64,000 nucleotides of DNA, from NCBI GenBank assembly GCA_963727415.1, contig CAVSGF010000010.1, forward strand, positions 354,902-418,901, written 5' to 3'. Source of the stretch: an uncultured Actinomycetota bacterium (GTDB lineage Bacteria > Actinomycetota > Actinomycetes > Mycobacteriales > Micromonosporaceae). A program made the translations under genes and the position numbers. Position 1 is the stretch's first letter, and every line of letters begins with the position of its first letter. Below, in pieces: positions 1 through 8,862 of this stretch. Below the pieces are notes generated by a model. That model saw only the letters and a list, made by a program, of their open reading frames with translations. It was not told the DNA's origin and made no database searches.

Positions 1-792
1 CGCGCGTACCGCGGCCTGCAAGAACAGCCTCAGTACCGGTGTGATCGCACCCATGCCGACCATGTCCTCAAGCGACACGTCCTTCACCCGATGCCGCCGG
101 ATCACCACCACCGGCCGCGCGGTCACGACGTAGATCACCGTCAGCCTCGCCCCGTCCGGCAGCCGCAAGTGCAGGATCGGCTTCGCGGTCGACAGCGACC
201 GCTCGGTCAGACCACCTCGCTCGGCCAGGCGTTGTAGCAGGCTGATGAGCTCCTCGTCGCTGGCCGCCGAGGTGAACGACTCCTCGTCGATGGTTCCATC
301 GGCGTAAACCACGCGAACGCTCGTGCCCAGAACCATGATGTTCTCGACATCCGGGTCATCGATCAGCGGCTGCAACCGGCCGAGACCGAGCAGGTGAGAG
401 CAGACCGCGGACCACAATGCCCGCTCGTAAGCGGAGCTGCCGACCGGGCCGTTATCGCCGGCACGCAACCGCTGGTCGATGTGCGCCCGCACCACCGCCG
501 CGGCGACCTCCTCGGTCCGGCGGCGGTTCTCCTCGCGACTGGTTCCGGTCGCCTGCGGCGTTTCCTTGAGCCGACGGCGTACCTCGGCGTGCAGCGCCTC
601 GACCAGACCGTAATCGATCGGAACCGGCCCTTCCGGCGGTGTCCGGTCGACGGTCCGCGGCATCCGTGGGTCAGTGATGCCGGCCGGAAGGTCGGTGAGC
701 CGCAACGGGCGCGGTGTCACGCCGCCATGGCGGCGGACGACGGACGGATGCCGCGGCGGGGCGAATGCCTGGGGATCGACCTCGCTGCTCAT
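1..792 (-). CDS. tadA: Type II/IV secretion ATPase TadA/CpaF-like, N-terminal ~264 codons; 3' end lies beyond the window start
   Basis: The minus-strand frame is open from ATG (revcomp of 790-792) to the window edge. It is absent from the ORF track because it runs off the window. Translation ...LPDGARLTVIYVVTARPVVVIRRHRV...DMVGMGAITPVLRLFLQAAVRA matches the CpaF/TadA segment just before the Walker A box. Its start overlaps the stop of the cpaE-like gene. Confidence 0.6.
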   Translation of the reverse strand, partial: MSSEVDPQAFAPPRHPSVVRRHGGVTPRPLRLTDLPAGITDPRMPRTVDRTPPEGPVPIDYGLVEALHAEVRRRLKETPQATGTSREENRRRTEEVAAAVVRAHIDQRLRAGDNGPVGSSAYERALWSAVCSHLLGLGRLQPLIDDPDVENIMVLGTSVRVVYADGTIDEESFTSAASDEELISLLQRLAERGGLTERSLSTAKPILHLRLPDGARLTVIYVVTARPVVVIRRHRVKDVSLEDMVGMGAITPVLRLFLQAAVRA

Positions 793-1562
793 GCGGCCAC
801 CTGCGGCACTCGCGGTGCGGTGGCCGGGCGGCTCACCTCGATGGTCCTGCTGATCGCCCGTGCCGCTCGTAGCAGGCCGGTGCGCCCCGTTGTCCCGCCG
901 CGTCCATCGGACAGCGCGGCGGCCTCAGCGGGCTGCCACGGCAGACTGGCCAGGATCCCGATGCCAAGCCGCTTGGCGACCTCGGCCGGACGGTAGTCGC
1001 GCGCGGTGATGGCGACGAGCCGCGGCACGCGGGCTCGGTCGATGTCGGGCATTAGCGGCAAGATCGCGTCGGTCGCGGCCACCGAGCGCAGCGTTGTCCG
1101 GAGCACGATCCCGACCTGGTCGGCGGCCGCGAACAGCTGGCGTGGTGCCGTCGACGCGGCCAGCCGACCGGCGTCGACGATGACATCGCCACCGGCGTCG
1201 GCCAGCCCGGACAGGTACGCGGCTATCTCGTCCCAGGCAGGCGCCACGGTCGCGATCTGCGCGGGACTGCCCAAGCCGGGCAACAGCAGCCGCGCGGCTC
1301 CCGTGGGTCGGCGGTTCAGGTTGACGAGGTGATGGTTGAACTCCTCGGCAAGCCGGCCGTGACGCGCGGCGATGGCTAGATGCAGCAGTCCACGGTCACC
1401 GGACAGGTGACCGCGGAGGTAGCCGGCAAGTATGTCGCCACCGGCGGGGTCCGCCTCAACCAGGAGCACCGGCCGGGGCCACACCAGCGTCATCGCGAGC
1501 GCCGTGGTGGTCACGCCTGGCGAGCCCTTGGCCGAGCACAGCACGATCAGAGCCACGGTCAC
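789..1562 (-). CDS. Flp/Tad pilus assembly CpaE/TadZ-like protein, ParA/MinD fold with a degenerate Walker A
   Basis: 257-aa ORF. The N-terminus ALIVLCSAKGSPGVTTTALAMTL is a deviant P-loop. There are 4-bp start/stop overlaps with both neighbours. Confidence 0.55.
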   Translation of the reverse strand: MTVALIVLCSAKGSPGVTTTALAMTLVWPRPVLLVEADPAGGDILAGYLRGHLSGDRGLLHLAIAARHGRLAEEFNHHLVNLNRRPTGAARLLLPGLGSPAQIATVAPAWDEIAAYLSGLADAGGDVIVDAGRLAASTAPRQLFAAADQVGIVLRTTLRSVAATDAILPLMPDIDRARVPRLVAITARDYRPAEVAKRLGIGILASLPWQPAEAAALSDGRGGTTGRTGLLRAARAISRTIEVSRPATAPRVPQVAA

Positions 1563-2233
1563 ACTCCGTTCACCAGGACGACGGCGATGCGATCAAGCGC
1601 ACTCAAAGCCGCGACGGTGTTGACATTGGCCAGCGGGACCGACAGGTCGATCCCCTGGGCACCGTCGTCGCCGACCGCGCCGACATACCCGACGGTGACC
1701 ACCAGTGGCGGCAGCGTTGGGGCCGCGGTGCCGTCGGAGCCGTTCGGGTCCGGCACTTCGACCAGCCGGACATGGTCGCCGGGCGTCAACCCGCGCGCGG
1801 GTCGGCGATCCGGTGACAGCGAGACTCCAACCAGGGCATGGCCCGTCGCGATGGTTCGATGCGGCGCGATCGCGGTGGGTGCCAGCAGCGTTCCGGCCAG
1901 CAGCGGCACGGTTACGTACTGGCCGACGACGGCGCTCTCCTGGTCGGCCGGCACCGCTGTCAGACCCGCGACCGGCGTCACCGACACCACTTGCAGGTCG
2001 TCCGCGGTGATCTCGGCCCCGACCGGCACATCGGTGTACACCGCGAGGTATGAGCGGGTTGCCGGGCCGGTACTGCTCACGTACTCCCACGCGGCCAGGG
2101 CGCACAACACCACCAGGACGATGCCGAGGCTGACCATCGCCGGGCTGCGCCGCCGCATCGGTCCGGGCTTGGGTGCGGTCTCGGCCGCCACGGCGAGCGG
2201 GTCCGCGCCGCGAGCGGGCAGGGTAGCGGTCAT
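1559..2233 (-). CDS. CpaB/RcpC-like pilus assembly protein (SAF-type), single N-terminal TM helix
   Basis: Start taken at the internal ATG (codon 78 of the 301-aa ORF), which overlaps the stop of the upstream gene (ATGA). A TM segment MVSLGIVLVVLCALAAW is followed by a beta-rich SAF-like region. Confidence 0.5.
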   Translation of the reverse strand: MTATLPARGADPLAVAAETAPKPGPMRRRSPAMVSLGIVLVVLCALAAWEYVSSTGPATRSYLAVYTDVPVGAEITADDLQVVSVTPVAGLTAVPADQESAVVGQYVTVPLLAGTLLAPTAIAPHRTIATGHALVGVSLSPDRRPARGLTPGDHVRLVEVPDPNGSDGTAAPTLPPLVVTVGYVGAVGDDGAQGIDLSVPLANVNTVAALSALDRIAVVLVNGV

Positions 2234-3135
2234 TTCACGATCACCTGAGCCTGATTGATACGGACATCGACGGCGGATGTGCGAGTGGTGGTAATGACTC
2301 CGGACTCGCCGCCACCCCGCCACACGACATGCCAGGTCGTGGTCGCCACAACGCGATAGGTGCCGCCGGGCCGGCCAGTGCTCGGCTTGGCATACGTGTA
2401 CCCGCACGTGGGCGAATTCGCGCCGCCGCGATCCGCGGTGTACGGGGTCCCGGCCCCGGCGCACGCGACCTGATGGCCATCACCCATCTGCCAGACGATC
2501 CGGACCGCGGAAGCGTGGATGGTGACCGAGATGGCCCCGGCCGACGCCGAGGCGGACAGCGGTCCCCAGGTATGACTGCCGGACGAGGTCCACAACCAGA
2601 CCGGCAATCCCACCAGGCCACCCGAGCCGCCCGGGGACGGAGCCATGTGGATGGCCGGGTTGTCCAGCCGGATCTTGGCCAGTGCTTCTTCGGCCAATTG
2701 GCGTGGGGTCAGGCCACCGATCGGCACCCATTGTCCGGCCGTGAAGATCACCGATCCGCTGCCCCACGGCGCCGGTCCCCTCGCGCAGTACACGTCGTAG
2801 AAGGCGCCGGTTCCCGGCTTGTGGCCGTCCCAGATCGGCGAGTTCGGGTCGGGCTGCGGATCGCGGCGCTGGTAGTAGCAGTCGGTGCCGTCGTAGTACC
2901 CGAGATTCGGCAAGTAGCAGGCGACGGCGACGCCCTTGTAGTAGCAACCGCCACCCGAGCCACCGCCGCTTCCGCCGGACCCGCCCCCGCTTCCGCCGGA
3001 CCCGGTGCCAGTGCCGGTGCACCAGAGGATCTCCGGCGGGCAACTGCCGCCACCGCCGGCCCGAGCCGCGGGAGCGGCCATCACAACGGCGCCGGCCACG
3101 AGCATGATGATGGCCCCGATCCGGGCACTCAACAT
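2230..3135 (-). CDS. Secreted Gly/Ser-linker Cys-rich protein of unknown function, coupled to the tad-like operon
   Basis: The internal ATG at 3135 gives signal peptide MLSARIGAIIMLVAGAVVMAAPAARA. It is followed by a (GSGG)n linker, a cluster of 8 Cys (CPPEILWC...CYYKGVAVACY...DCYY) and a C-terminal beta-rich domain. Its stop overlaps the cpaB-like start. Confidence 0.5.
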   Translation of the reverse strand: MLSARIGAIIMLVAGAVVMAAPAARAGGGGSCPPEILWCTGTGTGSGGSGGGSGGSGGGSGGGCYYKGVAVACYLPNLGYYDGTDCYYQRRDPQPDPNSPIWDGHKPGTGAFYDVYCARGPAPWGSGSVIFTAGQWVPIGGLTPRQLAEEALAKIRLDNPAIHMAPSPGGSGGLVGLPVWLWTSSGSHTWGPLSASASAGAISVTIHASAVRIVWQMGDGHQVACAGAGTPYTADRGGANSPTCGYTYAKPSTGRPGGTYRVVATTTWHVVWRGGGESGVITTTRTSAVDVRINQAQVIVK

Positions 3136-3698
3136 GTCCGGCTCCGATCCGCGTCCACCTCGTAGACCCGCCAGATTCCGTCGCGCAGGTGAAGCGTCGC
3201 GGTCGTCTGGTAGCGCGAGCTGTGGGCCGGAAGCTTCATTGGCTTGCCGGTCGTGGCGTCGACGATCGACATGCCGGTCTCGTCGAGACAGTCGGTCACC
3301 ACCGCGGTTCCGGCTTCGGATCCGGCGGCCAGGTCCAACGAGGTGATCCTCGGCGCCGCCGAGATGACGCTGCCCACCTGCTTGTATCCGATGGCGTGCA
3401 GGTGATACAGCGCAGCGACCCATTGGCCGAGCAACGGCTGATCCATGAACCGGGTCAGCTCCGCCGACGCATAGTCGGCATGCTGCGACGCGCTGGTCTC
3501 GGCATCGAGATAGCCCGCGTACGCGGCCAGGACTCGCTGTCGATCAGGGTTGATGGCGACCTTGGCCCCGGCTACGACGGACCGCGGCGGCAGCGACGCG
3601 TCGGCCGACTCGGCCCTGGTCCCGCAGCCGCTGATCGTCACGAACACGACCGCAAGCGCGCTCCAGATGGCTACGCGTACGGCTGGCGTAGTCGGCAT
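3129..3698 (-). CDS. Lipoprotein of unknown function
   Basis: The internal ATG at 3698 is preceded by GGGAGGAG. The signal MPTTPAVRVAIWSALAVVFVTISGCG contains a lipobox. Its stop overlaps the start of the downstream secreted-protein gene. Confidence 0.55.
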   Translation of the reverse strand: MPTTPAVRVAIWSALAVVFVTISGCGTRAESADASLPPRSVVAGAKVAINPDRQRVLAAYAGYLDAETSASQHADYASAELTRFMDQPLLGQWVAALYHLHAIGYKQVGSVISAAPRITSLDLAAGSEAGTAVVTDCLDETGMSIVDATTGKPMKLPAHSSRYQTTATLHLRDGIWRVYEVDADRSRTC

Positions 3699-4009
3699 GG
3701 TGCTCCTCCCACCGGATAGACACGAACCGAAAAATGGGCGCGCAATACCATTACCTCGACACCTAGAGGCAATTGCTGGAGAGCCAATATGCGTCGTGGA
3801 TATGTGCGCCATGTATCGGGATTTGGGTGTGTGTTATCAACCTTCACGTGGGCGTAGTCGCCCCAGTACGACAGCTTCCTTCCCACAAAGACAATGCCGA
3901 TTGCGCGTTCTGCCCACGCGATCGAGATGTCTATCCAAATTGCAATCCGGTCCGAAGAATAATGGTTCGATGTCTACTGATGTCAACTTTCTCAACAGCG
4001 ACTCGCGAT

Positions 4010-4777
4010 TCAACTTGCCTGCCATCGCTGCCGACGCCCGAACGTCGCCTTGATCAACGCCGCCGGAGCCTCGGAGCGGCACTGGTGGGTGCCGTCGGCC
4101 GCTTCGGCGGCCAGCCGCTCGATTGCGCTGGACAACGGATCGTCGGCGCCAAGGTGCGCCACGCACCGGTCGTGGGCCTGGGCAAAGTGGGCCCGCGACC
4201 CGTGCGGGTCGCCGCAGTCGCGGACCATGGCGGCCAGCCGGGCCACCATCCTGATCCCGTCACGATCGGCAGGGCCGAACACCGCCAGGTGAGCGCGGCA
4301 CGCCTCGCCCAGGACCCGCCGGGCCGAGGCACAGCGGCCGAGGAGATGCAGCGCCGCCGCGTAGTCGGCCCGGCCGTTGAAGACCTGCCGGTGGTCGGCA
4401 CCAAGGTGGCGCGGCAGCAATCGAACGACACTCGCGTACACGTCGACGGCACGCTGATGATCGCCGGTCTCGGCCAGCGCCCGCCCCAGCACGGAACCCG
4501 CGCGCATCGCTTCGGCACTGGCCACGCCCGACCGCGATCGATACTCGCGAAAACCGATCTCGGCCCACGCGCCGGCCGACATCGCGTCGCCAGCGGCGAG
4601 AAGCACCGACGCATACAGCACGGCCGCCTCGGCGACGGCCGCGCTCGGTCCTGCCCGAGCCGAGTCCAGGTCAGGCAGGGCGCGTTCCAACTGCGCCAGG
4701 GCGCCGACCGCGTCCCCGGCCTCGAGGCACAACCGCGCATGCGCCGCGGCCGTTCGGATCTCGGCATCTGATGGCAT
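4010..4777 (-). CDS. TPR-like repeat protein
   Basis: Start taken at the internal ATG (MPSDAEIR...). The sequence is helical and Ala/Leu-rich with TPR-like periodicity. It lies downstream of an HTH gene, a common actinobacterial HTH+TPR pair. Confidence 0.5.
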   Translation of the reverse strand: MPSDAEIRTAAAHARLCLEAGDAVGALAQLERALPDLDSARAGPSAAVAEAAVLYASVLLAAGDAMSAGAWAEIGFREYRSRSGVASAEAMRAGSVLGRALAETGDHQRAVDVYASVVRLLPRHLGADHRQVFNGRADYAAALHLLGRCASARRVLGEACRAHLAVFGPADRDGIRMVARLAAMVRDCGDPHGSRAHFAQAHDRCVAHLGADDPLSSAIERLAAEAADGTHQCRSEAPAALIKATFGRRQRWQAS

Positions 4778-4790
4778 GCCGGCCCCGCTA

Positions 4791-5147
4791 TCAGCGAGGC
4801 TCGGCCGGTTCCGCCACCGGCACACGTCGATGCACGTGGTGTTGCCGGGGCGGACCGACCAGCAAGGTGGTCCCGTCGCGACGATGCCGGTCGGTCCGGC
4901 GATGCGGCGCCGGCGGCGCGAGCAGTTCCTCGACCGGATGAGCAAACTCGGCTTCCAGGACCCGGCATTGCATCGGATGCGGCAAGCGAACCTGCCCGGC
5001 CACCCAGCGTTGCAACTGGCGGACCGAGATATCGAACCGATTCTCCGGGATATCCAGTTGCCGCGCCCGGCGGCGTAGCGCATCGATGGTTTCGTCCTGA
5101 GTGAGCCGCCGCTGCCTCACCAGGGTCGCCAGTAGCGTCTCTGCCAT
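4791..5147 (-). CDS. XRE-type helix-turn-helix DNA-binding protein
   Basis: The N-terminus TLLATLVRQRRLTQDETIDALRRRARQLDIPENRFDISVRQLQRWVAG is an HTH. A GGAGGAA SD lies upstream. Confidence 0.5.
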   Translation of the reverse strand: MAETLLATLVRQRRLTQDETIDALRRRARQLDIPENRFDISVRQLQRWVAGQVRLPHPMQCRVLEAEFAHPVEELLAPPAPHRRTDRHRRDGTTLLVGPPRQHHVHRRVPVAEPAEPR

Positions 5148-5366
5148 CTCACATTCCTCCGGCGATCATTGGACGCGCCACATCAACAGCCGGCGCGCCG
5201 GTTGACATAAATGTCCAGGGCACCGGCAAACGCGGCCGACCCAATATTTGAATGACTCGACAGAATGCACGGGAAGCTCGCACGAGACGAGTCAAGATCT
5301 CAAATAGACATCGGGAATCATCTATGTTACCAATTACTCCTGACGGTGTTGAGCCTCGATTTCGCA

Positions 5367-6002
5367 TCACGCGCGCGCGGGGGCGGACGCGCGCGTCGCC
5401 GGAACCCGGTGGCGAGCCGCGCCGGCCGCCCGGTCCGGACCCACCGGGCCTACCCGAATCGTCTCGCCGGGACACGGCGTGGAGACCGGCTGGGGCGCCA
5501 GCCGCCACTGCACCCGAACGTCATCGGGACGCTCCCCGACCACGATCCGATCAAGCAGGCGCGGCGCCTGATCCGCCGCCGACCGTACGGTCAGCTGGTT
5601 GAGCGCCGGGCGTCCGGCGACCGACAACCGCTGCACGATCATCGCACCGATCACCCGCTCGACCTCGGACACGACCAACCCGGTACGGCGCCGGCACCGA
5701 TCGGGGCACCCAAACGCCGCCGCGCCGACTTGAGTGCGCGTAGGCACCATCACTCTGCGGCACATGCCACACCACACCAGACCGAAGAGACCGTGGCGTA
5801 CCGGTGTCGTGGGCTTGACCGCGGGCGGCGCCGACTTGAGCGCCACCGATGTCCAGTACGCGACGATGGACGGATGGAGGCCGAGTTGCGCGGCCGCCGC
5901 CGCCACCGCGCCGCGGCGCTTGCCTGCCGCCGCCGCCAGCTCCTCGACCAGGGCGACCGCGGTCGCGCGCTGTTCGGCGGTGTACTTGGCTTGGAAGGTC
6001 AC
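5367..6002 (-). CDS. IS3 OrfA-like HTH protein with Cys-rich zinc-ribbon-like segment (orphan, no OrfB)
   Basis: YTAEQRATAVALV...LGLHPSIVAYW fits the HTH_Tnp_1 pattern. LFGLVWCGMCRRVM...FGCPDRCRRR is a zinc-ribbon-like motif. Confidence 0.35.
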   Translation of the reverse strand: MTFQAKYTAEQRATAVALVEELAAAAGKRRGAVAAAAAQLGLHPSIVAYWTSVALKSAPPAVKPTTPVRHGLFGLVWCGMCRRVMVPTRTQVGAAAFGCPDRCRRRTGLVVSEVERVIGAMIVQRLSVAGRPALNQLTVRSAADQAPRLLDRIVVGERPDDVRVQWRLAPQPVSTPCPGETIRVGPVGPDRAAGAARHRVPATRASAPARA

Positions 6003-6020
6003 GCGAGTCCACCGTCCCGA

Positions 6021-6542
6021 TCAGGCCGTTGGCCAGGCCGCTGAGGCCGGCTCGCGATCCAGCGGTCGTCCGCCCGCATTCGTGGCCAGGCTGGCCCGGC
6101 GGTCGATGCCGGCCGACCGCCATCGCAGCATCAGCTCGCGCGGCGTCGAGCCGACCGTGATGCGGCTGACCACCCTTGCGAGCACGTGAACCACTGGCCT
6201 GCGGTCGCCCCTGGCGAAGTCTGGCGTCGGTAGGCCGTCGTCGCCCGGCCCGAATTGCGCCACCCAGTTCCGGATCGTCGCCGGCCGGACCCCCACCTCG
6301 GCCGCGACGTCACGCAGGAAGAACCGTTGCCCGCTGGCCTTACGCGCCAGCGCCTCCGCAGCCGCCCGCCGCCGAGTCTCCTCGCTGTACGGCGATAACC
6401 TCACGCTGCCCTCCGCATCCCCCGGATCTGTCCGCCTCGCCTGTCCGGCTCGCTGTCCCAACTCTGGAGCGCACGCCAGTCGCGCGCTCCCCGACCACGG
6501 CACCACCTCCGGTCCGGTAATCGAGAGTGATCGATACACCAC
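6021..6542 (-). CDS. IS3 OrfA-like HTH protein (orphan); start uncertain
   Basis: YSEETRRRAAAEALARKASGQRFFLRDVAAEVGVRPATIRNWVAQF fits the transposase OrfA HTH pattern. Confidence 0.35.
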   Translation of the reverse strand: MVYRSLSITGPEVVPWSGSARLACAPELGQRAGQARRTDPGDAEGSVRLSPYSEETRRRAAAEALARKASGQRFFLRDVAAEVGVRPATIRNWVAQFGPGDDGLPTPDFARGDRRPVVHVLARVVSRITVGSTPRELMLRWRSAGIDRRASLATNAGGRPLDREPASAAWPTA

Positions 6543-6738
6543 GAGAAGTTAGTACCGTGGACGATCGTCGGGCTAATCCGGACGAAGCGACACGACTTTT
6601 GGCCGACATTTGCACGACGTTTTACCGACATTCCACTGCCCATTAGGTGTATTGACGGGCACCGATCAACAAAACGGACCAGCCCCGGCGGTGAACTGCT
6701 GGTACTCCGCCGTCACCGGCTGTGATGACGCGGCCCGA

Positions 6739-7212
6739 TCAGTCCCACGGGATGTGCGCGTTCACGGTCCGGACCGCGGCCGCCAGCGACGGTGTCCCGA
6801 TCACCTCGACGCCGGCCCGGTTCAGGCGTTCGACGCCGTCGCACTCGACCAGGAACGCCGGCTCCCGGACCGCGTACACCACCCGCCGGATACCGCTGGC
6901 CAGGATCAGCTCGGTACAGGTACGCGGCCGGGACAGCCGGACCGAGCACGGTTCCATGGTCGTGTAAATGGTCGCGTGGGCCAGGTTCATGCCGGATAGC
7001 CGAGACAGCGCCGACTCCTCGGCGTGCACATGCGAGTCAACGTCGCGGGAATAGCCGTGCGCCAGCTCGTGCCCGCCGGCGACCACCACGGCTCCCACGT
7101 TGAACCGGTCCGGCACGAACGGGCAACGTCGCGACAAGTCGATAGCGGCGTCCATCCAGCGCAGATCCTCAGCGGTCGGCCCGATGCTCCCATTGCTCGC
7201 CGTTGCGGTCAT
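6739..7212 (-). CDS. CMP/dCMP-type zinc deaminase (RibD deaminase-domain-like)
   Basis: It carries the H-A-E-E ... PCxxC zinc motif (HAEESAL ... MEPCSVRLSRPRTC). It has a 4-bp overlap with the upstream reductase gene. Confidence 0.6.
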   Translation of the reverse strand: MTATASNGSIGPTAEDLRWMDAAIDLSRRCPFVPDRFNVGAVVVAGGHELAHGYSRDVDSHVHAEESALSRLSGMNLAHATIYTTMEPCSVRLSRPRTCTELILASGIRRVVYAVREPAFLVECDGVERLNRAGVEVIGTPSLAAAVRTVNAHIPWD

Positions 7213-7883
7213 CGGCTTCCCTCTGGCGCCATCAGGGTCAGCACCGCGCAGTCGCCGACCGTCTCGGTACGGGCCAGGCGCATCCGCCGGGCGTCCGTAT
7301 AAGGAAACCGGCCATCGCCGACGAATCGGGGCGCGCGGTGGTCACCGATGAAGAAGGGTGCCACAACCAGTCTCAGCTCGTCGGCCAGGCCACGTTCCAG
7401 GAACTGGGTGTGGATGCGGCTGCCGCCCTCGACCAGGAGCCGCCGCACCCCGCGCCGCCACACATCGGACAGGACGATGTCCAGATCGATCGGGGCCGCC
7501 ATGGGTACGACGGTGGCGACCCGCCCAAGTGCCGATGCGGTCACCGGCGACCCGTACACCACTGTTTGGGCGGTGTTCCCGGCGAACAGGCGAGCCGACG
7601 GATCCAGTTCGCCGGCTCCGCTCAGCACTACCTTGATCGGCGTCGGCGGCTGCCCAGCGCTGACCCGCGCGTCCCGGCGCCGCGCCGACCGCACTTCCAG
7701 CCGCGGATCATCGCGCCGGACCGTGCCGGCGCCGATCAGGATCGCGTCCACGCCGGCGCGCAGATCATCGATCAGGTCGAGATCCGCCTCGTTCGACAAA
7801 ACCAGGCGCTGCCCGCTCGCGTCGTCGATGTAGCCGTCCAGGCTCATGGCGCAGCTCAGCACCACGTACGGACGGTCAGCCAT
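7209..7883 (-). CDS. RibD C-terminal-domain / dihydrofolate-reductase-like reductase
   Basis: VVLSCAMSLDGYIDD...AILIGAGTVRRDDPRL...RRLLVEGGSRIHTQF is typical of the RibD_C family. Confidence 0.6.
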   Translation of the reverse strand: MADRPYVVLSCAMSLDGYIDDASGQRLVLSNEADLDLIDDLRAGVDAILIGAGTVRRDDPRLEVRSARRRDARVSAGQPPTPIKVVLSGAGELDPSARLFAGNTAQTVVYGSPVTASALGRVATVVPMAAPIDLDIVLSDVWRRGVRRLLVEGGSRIHTQFLERGLADELRLVVAPFFIGDHRAPRFVGDGRFPYTDARRMRLARTETVGDCAVLTLMAPEGSR

Positions 7884-7907
7884 GGGCCAATCCTCGCACC
7901 GATCGCT

Positions 7908-8687
7908 TCAGCTGCTGAAGTCCTGGGTCAGCCACACCTTGCCGGACGAATCCCGGACCACGTCGATCCCGACGTGATGGAAGCTCGTGCTGAGCAGGTT
8001 GCGGCGGTGACCGTCGTCCGGCGGTTTCTCGTTGTACATGGCCAGGGTCAGGCCCTCGGCCGCGGCGATCAGGGCGGCATCGGTATCCGGATGTGGTCCG
8101 CTCCAGCCGATGTTCTCGCCGCACGAGGTCCAGCGCACGCCCTCGGCGCTGATCCGGTCGCCGAGCGAGGCCTCGCCCGGGCACTGATGCTGCATCCCGC
8201 ACGAACCCATCATCTTCAGGTTGTGCTTGTGAGCGCTGGCGATCAGACCATCACTCAGTTTCAGCGCGGGCAGGCCGTTGTTGGCCCGAAGCTGGTTGAT
8301 CTGGGCAAGAAGCCGGCTGACTACCGTGGCATCGGCCGGCGGGGGCGTCTTCTTGGCGGCCGGCGACTTCTTCACCGTCGTCTTCGGCGAGGAGGTCGGC
8401 TTGGGCGAAGCCTTCCCGGTTACCGTCGGTGACGGGCCGGGGCTCAGCGACGGAGTCGCGGTCCCGACCCGGTTCTCCGGTTGCGCGGCCATCATGAGCG
8501 AGCTGTCGTGGACACCACCCAACGCGCCCGGCGCCCAATCCGGGCCGGACGCCGCATGCCTAAGGCCGACGGTGGCGCCGGCCGCGACCGACAACACGGC
8601 CGCAATGGTGACCCACGCTCGCGAATGGCGCACGCGGCTAACCAACCAGAGCCATCGCAGGCTGTCAATCACGGCATCGAGGGACAC
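7908..8687 (-). CDS. CAP/SCP/PR-1 family protein with N-terminal membrane anchor and Pro/Thr/Lys-rich linker
   Basis: The C-terminal domain with HKHNLKMMGSCGMQHQCPGEASLGDRIS...GENIGW...GHRRNLLSTSFHHVGIDV resembles the CAP domain. The exact start is uncertain. Confidence 0.5.
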   Translation of the reverse strand: MSLDAVIDSLRWLWLVSRVRHSRAWVTIAAVLSVAAGATVGLRHAASGPDWAPGALGGVHDSSLMMAAQPENRVGTATPSLSPGPSPTVTGKASPKPTSSPKTTVKKSPAAKKTPPPADATVVSRLLAQINQLRANNGLPALKLSDGLIASAHKHNLKMMGSCGMQHQCPGEASLGDRISAEGVRWTSCGENIGWSGPHPDTDAALIAAAEGLTLAMYNEKPPDDGHRRNLLSTSFHHVGIDVVRDSSGKVWLTQDFSS

Positions 8688-8802
8688 CGCCGGTTCGCCG
8701 AACGCTCAGTGCTCGTCCTTGAGCTGTCGGCAGGGGCGCGGCGGTGTCCAGTGCGCCGCCGGCCGCGCCATCACGTCGCCTACGGCGACGGCCTCTGAAA
8801 AT

Positions 8803-8831
8803 TTCTGCAAGTTTCTGGAAGACGTCTTGAC
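8803..8831. promoter_or_regulatory. TCTGCAAG / TCTGGAAG direct repeat (reverse complement of CTTGCAG) upstream of alpha-amylase
   Basis: Seen directly about 35 nt upstream of the proposed amylase start. Confidence 0.35.
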
Positions 8832-8862
8832 GGGGAGCCGATCCGGACGCAGGCTGCTGTGC

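Noticed and set aside
7884-8860. FMN riboswitch (RFN element) upstream of the deaminase/RibD_C reductase pair
   Set aside because: No RFN-like conserved core could be found on the minus strand. The pair is more likely a generic deaminase plus DHFR-like reductase, not ribD.
8278-8862. ORF-track start of the amylase ORF at 8278
   Set aside because: It would overlap the convergent/divergent CAP-domain gene by about 400 bp. The recognisable amylase sequence and signal peptide begin near 8950.
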